This document shows, one piece after another, positions 25,455 through 32,000 of a stretch of DNA of 32,000 nucleotides. The first letter of the stretch is position 1. Each line of letters opens with the position of its first letter. Source of the DNA: Massilicoli timonensis (GTDB taxonomy: Bacteria; Bacillota_I; Bacilli_A; Erysipelotrichales; Erysipelotrichaceae); the NCBI RefSeq assembly GCF_900199515.1, contig NZ_LT963434.1, positions 54,057 through 86,056 of the forward strand. The letters run 5' to 3'. Below the pieces are notes generated by a model. The model did not search any database, was not told the DNA's origin, and worked only from the letters and a program-made list of their open reading frames with translations. The position numbers were made by a program, and so were the translations under genes.

Positions 25455-25490
25455 GAGCAGGTAGGAAAGGCTACCTGCTCTTATCAATTT
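25455..25490 (+). terminator. probable terminator
   Basis: GAGCAGGTAG (25455-25464) pairs with CTACCTGCTC (25471-25480). The tail TTATCAATTT is only moderately U-rich. Confidence 0.6.
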
Positions 25491-25521
25491 ATGATAAAAT
25501 ACTGGAAAGAGGGTGATGAAG

Positions 25522-26847
25522 ATGCAGACACTGTTTACCAACGAATTACAAGATCCTTTAGCAAGCAGGATGCGTCCGCAAACATTAGAAGAATATATCG
25601 GGCAGCATCATTTGATGGATGAAGGGAAACTGCTTCGTCAGATGATCTGTGCCGATCAGGTGCCGTCCATGATCTTTTGGGGGCCGCCGGGCGTTGGGAA
25701 AACAACGCTTGCGCAGCTGATCGCAACGCTGACACATGCCCGTTTTATAGAGTTCAGTGCGGTTACCAGTGGCATGAAGGAAATCAAAGAAGTGATGAAA
25801 GATGCGACACAGGCTTATGCTTATGGCGAAAAGACGATCTTGTTCGTTGATGAAATTCATCGCTTCAACAAAGCCCAGCAGGATGCGTTTTTGCCTTTTG
25901 TGGAAAAGGGAACGATTACTTTGATCGGGGCAACGACGGAAAATCCTTCTTTTGAGATCAATTCTGCGCTGTTAAGCCGCTGTAAGGTATTTGTCTTAAA
26001 GGCATTAAGCAATGAAGATCTGGTGCAGGTATTAAAGCATGCGCTGCAGGCGGAGCGCGGTTTTGGAAAGCTGCATGTGCGCTGTGATGAACGCTATTTG
26101 CGCATGATCGCGGATTTTGCGGGAGGAGATGCGCGCATGGCGCTGAATACACTGGAAATGGTGGTGCTGAATGCGAAGCGCAAAGATGATGCGATCTTCA
26201 TTGAGGAAGAAGACCTGAAGCAGTGTATCAGTGTAAAATCGATGCTCTATGACAAAAAAGGGGAAGAACACTACAATTTAATCTCCGCCTTACATAAAAG
26301 TATGCGCAACAGTGATACACAGGCGGCGCTGTATTGGCTTGCGAGAATGCTGGAAGCGGGGGAAGATCCGCTTTATGTGGCAAGAAGACTGGTGCGTTTT
26401 GCCAGTGAGGATATCGGTATGGCAGACAGCCGTGCTTTAGAAATCTGTGTGGCGGTTTTTGATGCCTGCCATGATTTGGGGATGCCGGAGTGCAGCGTAC
26501 ATCTGGCGCATGCTGTCACCTATCTCTCGCTTGCACCGAAATCCAACGCATTATATGTGGCATATGAAAAAGCCGCCGCAGATGCGCGCAAGACAAGTGA
26601 AGAAGGCGTGCCGTTACAGATTCGCAATGCGCCGACGCGGTTGATGAAAGAGCTGGATTATGGAAAAGACTATGATTATGCGCACGATCATGAAGAAAAG
26701 ATCACCGGCATGTACTGTCTGCCGCCGGCACTGGAAGGGACGATTTATTACACCCCGACCACGCAGGGAAGCGAGGCTAAGGTAGGTATGCGGATGAAGC
26801 AGTTAGAGGAACTGCGCAGACAGCTGCGAAAGAAGAAGCCGCAGTGA
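25522..26847 (+). CDS. rarA: replication-associated recombination protein A (AAA+ ATPase)
   Basis: RMRPQTLEEYIGQ, Walker A GPPGVGKTTLA, Walker B ILFVDEIHRFNK and the C-terminal MgsA pattern LYWLARMLEAGEDPLYVARRL. The start is ambiguous among 25513, 25516 and 25522. Confidence 0.9.
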   Translation: MQTLFTNELQDPLASRMRPQTLEEYIGQHHLMDEGKLLRQMICADQVPSMIFWGPPGVGKTTLAQLIATLTHARFIEFSAVTSGMKEIKEVMKDATQAYAYGEKTILFVDEIHRFNKAQQDAFLPFVEKGTITLIGATTENPSFEINSALLSRCKVFVLKALSNEDLVQVLKHALQAERGFGKLHVRCDERYLRMIADFAGGDARMALNTLEMVVLNAKRKDDAIFIEEEDLKQCISVKSMLYDKKGEEHYNLISALHKSMRNSDTQAALYWLARMLEAGEDPLYVARRLVRFASEDIGMADSRALEICVAVFDACHDLGMPECSVHLAHAVTYLSLAPKSNALYVAYEKAAADARKTSEEGVPLQIRNAPTRLMKELDYGKDYDYAHDHEEKITGMYCLPPALEGTIYYTPTTQGSEAKVGMRMKQLEELRRQLRKKKPQ

Positions 26848-26879
26848 TAAAGGATAAGAGGAAGAAAGGTGGAAAAGGA

Positions 26880-27374
26880 ATGAAACAAATGCGTAGAGCA
26901 AAACAACAATTAAGCGATGCAGATGCTTTGAAGCTGTTGAAAGAAGGTACATCAGGGGTATTGGCGTTAAATGGCGAATATCCGTATGCGGTGCCGCTCA
27001 GTTATGTATATGAGGAAGGAGCGATTTATTTTCATTGTGCCAAAAGCGGACATAAGCTGGATTTATTAAAAGCGTGTGCGCGTGCCTCATTTTGTGTGAT
27101 CGGGAAAGATCAGGTGATCAGTGAGGAATTTACGACTTATTTTCGCAGTGTGATCGTATTCGGTACGGTGGAGATCATTGAGGAGGAAGCACAGCTGCGC
27201 AGTGCATTAAGGCTGCTTGCGGCAAAATACAGTCCACGGGAAAGTGAAGCACACTTGGCAAAGGAAATTGAGGGTGCGCTTGCGTCAGTCTGTATCTTGA
27301 AGCTGCATGTGGAAGAAATGAGCGGGAAAGAAGCAGTTGAGCTGATGCGTCAAAGAACAAAGTGCGCATATTGA
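26880..27374 (+). CDS. pyridoxamine 5'-phosphate oxidase family protein (Nim-like flavin-binding split barrel)
   Basis: GVLALNGEYPYAVPLSYVYEEGAIYFHCAKSGHKLDLL...ASFCV matches the Pyridox_ox_2/Nim pattern by eye. ATG 26880 follows AGGTGG. Confidence 0.8.
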   Translation: MKQMRRAKQQLSDADALKLLKEGTSGVLALNGEYPYAVPLSYVYEEGAIYFHCAKSGHKLDLLKACARASFCVIGKDQVISEEFTTYFRSVIVFGTVEIIEEEAQLRSALRLLAAKYSPRESEAHLAKEIEGALASVCILKLHVEEMSGKEAVELMRQRTKCAY

Positions 27375-27420
27375 CAATCGCTTGGAAACATGGCATCATA
27401 GTGCAATACGGAGGAATGCG

Positions 27421-27786
27421 ATGAACAAAGCAGATAAGATCTTGATCTTGATCATCCTGTTAGCGGCGGTTTGTACCTATGTGCCGATTTATTTTTCCTA
27501 TGGAAAAGAAGCGGGCGATATTGCGGTGGTGCGTTATCGTAATGAAGAAGTGCTGCGCTTGGATCTGCATCAAAACGGCATCTATCATGTCAAAGGGACA
27601 AATGGAACAGTGGAGATCGAAGTAAAGGATGGAGCGGTTGCGGTAATCGAAGAAAATTCACCTTATCATCTTTGTTCACTGCAGGGATTTGTTTCTTCGG
27701 GAGCTGAGCCGATCATCTGTTTGCCTAATGAGATCGTGATCAGTATTGAAGCGGATGACGGCGATGTGGATGTGGTGATGCAATGA
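27421..27786 (+). CDS. NusG domain II-containing membrane-anchored protein (DUF1312-like)
   Basis: An N-terminal TM helix is followed by a beta-rich domain, ...IYHVKGTNGTVEIEVKDGAVAVIEENSPYHLCSLQGFVS...IICLPNEIVISIE. The gene overlaps the following Gx transporter gene, a commonly seen pairing. Confidence 0.75.
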   Translation: MNKADKILILIILLAAVCTYVPIYFSYGKEAGDIAVVRYRNEEVLRLDLHQNGIYHVKGTNGTVEIEVKDGAVAVIEENSPYHLCSLQGFVSSGAEPIICLPNEIVISIEADDGDVDVVMQ

Positions 27787-28283
27787 AAGTAAGGAAGTTA
27801 TGTGAATGTGCGCTGTTGATCGCAATGGCGATCTTGTTTCAGCTGATCGAGGCAAGCATTCCTTTGCCTTATGTCATTCCCGGCTTTAAGCTGGGCTTGG
27901 CAAACTGTGTCGCCATGATCGCGCTTTATCGCTATGATAACAAGACGATGACCTTTGTGAATCTGATGCGGGTGGTGCTGGCGGCTTTGATGCGCGGCAC
28001 GCTGTTTCAGATCTCATTTTGGCTTTCTTTTGCAGGGGCGATCTGTGCTTCGCTTGCAATGTGGTTCACTAAGCGTTTTACGCCTTGTACGATTTATGGA
28101 ACCGGAATGGCGGGAAGCAGTGCACATGTGATTGCACAAGTCGCTGTTATTATGTTATTATATGAGCAATGGCGCATGATTGCGGTTTTGCCGCTGCTGC
28201 TTGTTACCGGGATCCCGACCGGGATCGCGATCGCATGGATCGCTGCTTTGGTATTAAAGCGGCTGCCGATGAAGGAGGGGTAG
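27783..28283 (+). CDS. Gx transporter family protein (formerly heptaprenyl diphosphate synthase component I-like)
   Basis: A 166-aa protein with about 5 TM helices. IPGFKLGLANCVAMIALY and RVVLAALMRGTLF motifs are typical of the family. Confidence 0.75.
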   Translation: MKVRKLCECALLIAMAILFQLIEASIPLPYVIPGFKLGLANCVAMIALYRYDNKTMTFVNLMRVVLAALMRGTLFQISFWLSFAGAICASLAMWFTKRFTPCTIYGTGMAGSSAHVIAQVAVIMLLYEQWRMIAVLPLLLVTGIPTGIAIAWIAALVLKRLPMKEG

Positions 28284-28285
28284 GA

Positions 28286-28543
28286 ATGAAGCAATTTACA
28301 TATCGACCGAAGGGCGTGTGTTCATCGCGTATGGATTTTACCGTTGACGGGGATAAGATCGTCAAGGTACAGATTACCGGCGGATGTCCGGGTAATTTAT
28401 TGGGTATTTCAAAAATTTTAGAACAAAAAACGATCGCCGAAACGATTGCTGCTTTTGAAGGGGTGCGATGCGGTGGGAAACAGACATCCTGCCCTGATCA
28501 GATTGCCTGTGCATTGAAAGAATATTTACAGACACAGGTATAA
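28286..28543 (+). CDS. TIGR03905-family TSCPD-like 4-Cys protein
   Basis: MKQFTYRPKGVCSSRMDFTVDGDKIVKVQITGGCPGNLLGISKILEQKTIAE...GVRCGGKQTSCPDQIA. The start is moved from 28169, which overlaps the Gx gene, to the ATG after GAAGGAGGGG. Confidence 0.75.
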   Translation: MKQFTYRPKGVCSSRMDFTVDGDKIVKVQITGGCPGNLLGISKILEQKTIAETIAAFEGVRCGGKQTSCPDQIACALKEYLQTQV

Positions 28544-28577
28544 TTGCGTGCGCTTTCACACATACTAGAAATAGGTG

Positions 28578-28712
28578 ATGAAAGTGAAAGCAAAGGAACA
28601 GCTCCAAATAGCGGAGGTGCTGAGCGAAATGGGGATGAGTGATGAAATTGTGGAGATCATCACGCAGATAAAACCGCATCAGCCCTGCGAGGAGGAAGAA
28701 GACAGTCAGTAG
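28578..28712 (+). CDS. possible small acidic protein (44 aa)
   Basis: My own translation gives MKVKAKEQLQIAEVLSEMGMSDEIVEIITQIKPHQPCEEEEDSQ. AGGTG lies immediately upstream with tight spacing. A clean terminator follows directly. Confidence 0.3.
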   Translation: MKVKAKEQLQIAEVLSEMGMSDEIVEIITQIKPHQPCEEEEDSQ

Positions 28713-28714
28713 GA

Positions 28715-28738
28715 AATAGGCGAAAGCCTATTTTTTTA
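28715..28738 (+). terminator. intrinsic terminator
   Basis: AATAGGC-GAAA-GCCTATT hairpin followed by T7. Confidence 0.8.
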
Positions 28739-28757
28739 TGAGGGAAGGAGTGAGAAA

Positions 28758-30551
28758 ATGAAAGTCATTGCATTTTTGATGAAGCATGCGCATGGATGCA
28801 GGCGCTACCTGCTGCAGGTGTTTGGCAATGTCCTGCTTTATGTGATATGCGGTTTGGTGTATCCGCTCATCATTTCACTGATGATCGATCATGTGATCGG
28901 CAATGCGCCGATGGAAAACGGCATGATCGCCGTATTAGGACAGTTGCTCGGCGGAACGGCGTTTTTGAAGGAGCATATGTGGGTCGGTGCGGTTACGATC
29001 ATTTTGGTAAACGGTCTTTGTGCGCTGGCGATGTTTCGCAGGAGCTATTTAAGCGGGAAGCTGGGAGAGCATTTGGCAAATCGACTGCGTTTGGCGATGT
29101 ATGATCATTTGCAGAAACTGCCTGATGCTTATCATAAAAGTCATGACAGCGGGGATCTGATTCAGCGCAGCACTTCGGACATTGAACAGATCAGAAGATT
29201 TTTAGGCGTACAGATCGCGGAAATGATGAATGCGGTTTTCATGGTACTGTGTGCGGCTTTTATTTTAGGAAACCTGCATCTGCGTTTGATGGGGGTTGCG
29301 GTTTCGATCATGCCGCTTTTGATGTTCATCGGCTATGTGTTTTTCACGAAGGCGAAAAAGATCTTTTTAACGGTAGATGAAGCAGAAGGCGCCATGACGA
29401 CGGTCTTGCAGGAAAACTTGAATGCGACGCGGGTCGTCAAGGCGTTTCATCGGGAGCGCTATGAAATCGAGAAATTCGAGGAAGTCAATGAGAGCTTTCG
29501 CAAGAAGCTCTTTGAATTGATGCATGCGCTGGGAATTTATTGGAGCGCGACGGACTTTTTATGTATGGGGCAGATCTTATTGGTAACGGTGGTCGGTATC
29601 TTTATGGCGCGTTCGGGCGAGATCACCGTCGGCAATCTGTTTGTCTTTGTCACGTATGAAAGCATGATCGTGTGGCCGATGCGTCAGTTAGGACGGATCT
29701 TGGCTGATATGGGCAAGGTCAGCGTGGCGGTCGGACGTTTAAGTGAAGTATTAGATGCGCCGGCTGAGGATCTGGTAAGCGGAGAACGCAATGAGATCCG
29801 CGGTGAGATCGTGTTTGATCATGTATCGTTTGCTTATGAGGATGATCAAAACCATGTGCTGCGTGATCTTTCCTTTACCATTCATGCCAAGCAGCGAGTG
29901 GCGATCATGGGACCGACGGGAAGCGGTAAATCTTCGCTGGTACAGCTGTTGGTGCGGATGCAGGATTATGAAGGCTCGATCAAGATCGACGGGGTGGAGC
30001 TGAGGAATATTGCGAAGGAGTGGATCCGTTCTCAGATTCGGATCGTGCTGCAGGAACCGTTTTTGTTCTCTAAAACGATCGAAGAGAATATCGCTTTGGC
30101 AAAGCGAGACGCGTCTTTTGAGGAGATTCGCCATGCGGCGCGTATTGCCAGCATTCATGAGGATATCGAAGGCTTTGATCAGGGCTATGCCACAGCGGTC
30201 GGGGAAAAAGGGGTAACGCTGTCGGGGGGACAGAAGCAGCGTATTGCGATTGCCCGCACGATCCTGGATCAGCCTCCGGTGTTGATCTTCGATGATTCTT
30301 TGAGTGCATTGGATATGCAGACGGATGCGCGGATCCAGCAGGCGTTACAGGCCTTGAAGGGAGATCTGACGATGATCATGATCACTCATCGGGTGTCTTC
30401 GGCGATGCATGCGGATCAGATCATCGTGCTGGAAAACGGCCGTATCGTCCAGTCCGGCACGCATGCAGAGCTGATGAAAGAAGAGGGCTTATATCGCCGC
30501 ATCGCGATGATCCAAAATGAAGGAGGTGAGGAAGCATGGCAGCAGTCATGA
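28758..30551 (+). CDS. ABC transporter ATP-binding protein/permease (exporter type, subunit 1 of a likely heterodimer)
   Basis: A six-helix TMD is followed by an NBD with Walker A GPTGSGKSS, signature LSGGQKQRIAIART and Walker B VLIFDDSLSALD. Confidence 0.92.
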   Translation: MKVIAFLMKHAHGCRRYLLQVFGNVLLYVICGLVYPLIISLMIDHVIGNAPMENGMIAVLGQLLGGTAFLKEHMWVGAVTIILVNGLCALAMFRRSYLSGKLGEHLANRLRLAMYDHLQKLPDAYHKSHDSGDLIQRSTSDIEQIRRFLGVQIAEMMNAVFMVLCAAFILGNLHLRLMGVAVSIMPLLMFIGYVFFTKAKKIFLTVDEAEGAMTTVLQENLNATRVVKAFHRERYEIEKFEEVNESFRKKLFELMHALGIYWSATDFLCMGQILLVTVVGIFMARSGEITVGNLFVFVTYESMIVWPMRQLGRILADMGKVSVAVGRLSEVLDAPAEDLVSGERNEIRGEIVFDHVSFAYEDDQNHVLRDLSFTIHAKQRVAIMGPTGSGKSSLVQLLVRMQDYEGSIKIDGVELRNIAKEWIRSQIRIVLQEPFLFSKTIEENIALAKRDASFEEIRHAARIASIHEDIEGFDQGYATAVGEKGVTLSGGQKQRIAIARTILDQPPVLIFDDSLSALDMQTDARIQQALQALKGDLTMIMITHRVSSAMHADQIIVLENGRIVQSGTHAELMKEEGLYRRIAMIQNEGGEEAWQQS

Positions 30552-32000
30552 AAGAGCAGACGTTTCATGGACGTTCTTTAGAGGTATCGCTTTGGAAGCG
30601 GATCTTGCACCATTTGATGGAGTTTAAGCAAACGATGATCTGGCTGATTTTAGCAAATGTCGTCGTGGCGGCTACCGATGTGGCACTGCCGATGTTTTCT
30701 CAGTATGCGATCAATGAACTGGTGCTCAATCAGGGAAATGACGATCAGATCGTCTGGTTTGCTTTAGCTTATTTGATCACTGTGGCAGTACAATGTCTCA
30801 GCATTTATCTGTTTTTCAGACTGGCGGCTTATTTGGAAGCGTCGTTTGGTAAGCGTTTGCGGGAAAAGGCGTTTACGAAGTTACAGGTATTGTCGTTTTC
30901 GTATTTTGATAAGACGAGCAACGGCTGGCTGATGGCGCGGGTCAGCGGTGATATCAGCCGTTTGGCAGAGATCTTGTCATGGTCGCTGATCGATATCGGT
31001 TGGGGGCTCATGGTCATGATCGGCGTAAGCATCGTCATGCTTTCTTATAACTGGAAGCTGGCATGCTGTATCTTTGTGGTCGTGCCGGTACTGGCTTATG
31101 CGAGCTATTATTTTCAAAATAAGATCTTGAAAGCGCACCGGGAAACGCGTGTGATCAATTCACAGCTGACCGCCTCGTTTGTGGAAGGGATCAACGGGGT
31201 CAAAACGACAAAGACTTTGGGATTAGAGAAGGATAATTTTGCGGAGTTTGCGAAGCTGAGTGAAAAAATGCGTGAGAAATCGGTTTATGCGACGCGGATC
31301 AACGCAATGTTTCAGCCGGTGGTCTATCTGCTTTCAGCAGTGGCGATCGCTTTGTTGTTACAGATCGGCGGACAGCAGGTGCTGTTAGAAACGATCCAGT
31401 TCGGTACGTTGGCGATGTTTATTCAGTACACCGGCACCTTCTTTGATCCGTTAAAGGGCATTGCGCGGGTCATGGCAGAGCTGCAGATGGCACAGGCGAG
31501 CGCGGAACGGGTCTTATCACTGCTGGAGGAAACGCCAAGTGTCGTCGATTCTGCGGAAGTGATCGCGAAATATGGCACGATCTTAGAAACGCCTAAGCAG
31601 GATGTGAAGCTGATGGGCAATGTACGCTTTGATCATGTATCGTTTCACTATCTGCAAGAGGAATCGGTACTGGAAGATTTTTCACTGGATGTAAAGGCGG
31701 GGGAAATGGTGGCGCTCGTCGGAGAGACCGGCAGCGGGAAAAGCACGATCGTGAATCTTTTGTGCCGTTTCTATGAACCGATCAGCGGGCAGATCTTGAT
31801 CGACGGCGTGGATTATCGAAAGCGTTCACTGGGCTGGCTGCATGAAAATATCGGCTATGTACTGCAGACGCCGACGCTGTTTTCCGGTACGGTCAAGGAA
31901 AATATCCGCTATGGCAAACTGGATGCAAGCGATGAGGAGATCATCGCCGTGGCGAAACTGGTCAATGCCCATGAATTTATCATGCGTATGGAACATGGCT
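30548..32000 (+). CDS. ABC transporter ATP-binding protein/permease (subunit 2; 3' end beyond window)
   Basis: ATG 30548 overlaps the upstream stop (ATGA). My own translation gives MKEQTFHGRSLEVSLWKRILHHLMEFKQTMIWLILANVVVAATD... A TMD is followed by Walker A GETGSGKST, in frame around 31720. The frame stays open to the window end. Confidence 0.9.
   Translation, partial: MKEQTFHGRSLEVSLWKRILHHLMEFKQTMIWLILANVVVAATDVALPMFSQYAINELVLNQGNDDQIVWFALAYLITVAVQCLSIYLFFRLAAYLEASFGKRLREKAFTKLQVLSFSYFDKTSNGWLMARVSGDISRLAEILSWSLIDIGWGLMVMIGVSIVMLSYNWKLACCIFVVVPVLAYASYYFQNKILKAHRETRVINSQLTASFVEGINGVKTTKTLGLEKDNFAEFAKLSEKMREKSVYATRINAMFQPVVYLLSAVAIALLLQIGGQQVLLETIQFGTLAMFIQYTGTFFDPLKGIARVMAELQMAQASAERVLSLLEETPSVVDSAEVIAKYGTILETPKQDVKLMGNVRFDHVSFHYLQEESVLEDFSLDVKAGEMVALVGETGSGKSTIVNLLCRFYEPISGQILIDGVDYRKRSLGWLHENIGYVLQTPTLFSGTVKENIRYGKLDASDEEIIAVAKLVNAHEFIMRMEHG

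Overview
All credible genes are on the + strand. Gene content (dpaA-dpaB-dapA, cse60, a DUF1540 gene, dacF-spoIIAA-spoIIAB-sigF) points to the chromosome of an endospore-forming Bacillota; this is inference from content, with no database search. The core blocks are as follows. (1) A LacI-family fragment, then a Tyr T-box leader and tyrS. (2) A dipicolinate module plus two small sporulation genes. (3) A lipoprotein, a YtgP/SpoVB-like flippase, rsuA-like, folA and pdp. (4) Two tandem bactofilins, then dacF and the spoIIA operon. (5) rarA, a Nim/PNPOx-family gene, NusG_II, a Gx transporter, a TIGR03905 gene and two ABC half-transporter-type exporters, the second cut by the window end. Two accessory blocks (about 4.6-11.1 kb and 19.9-25.5 kb) carry no integrase or transposase. 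They encode four secreted proteins whose C-termini end in degenerate xxxTG[D/A] sorting signals. The main hunt result is a set of long simple-sequence repeats at expression-control positions of these surface-protein genes. A G13 tract stretches a TTGACA/TACAAT promoter spacer to 21 nt. A G11 tract just after the signal peptide leaves a DUF285/BspA-like LRR protein one G short of being in frame. An (AGAC)14.5 tract lies inside a short leader ORF upstream of a strong terminator-like hairpin and an Rrf2-adhesin-HU unit. The adhesin is further broken by a frameshift at a G4/C6 run and by an exact 10-bp tandem duplication. Together these look like a multi-locus slipped-strand phase-variation repertoire. 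Homopolymer assembly error is the main alternative and can only be excluded with read-level data.
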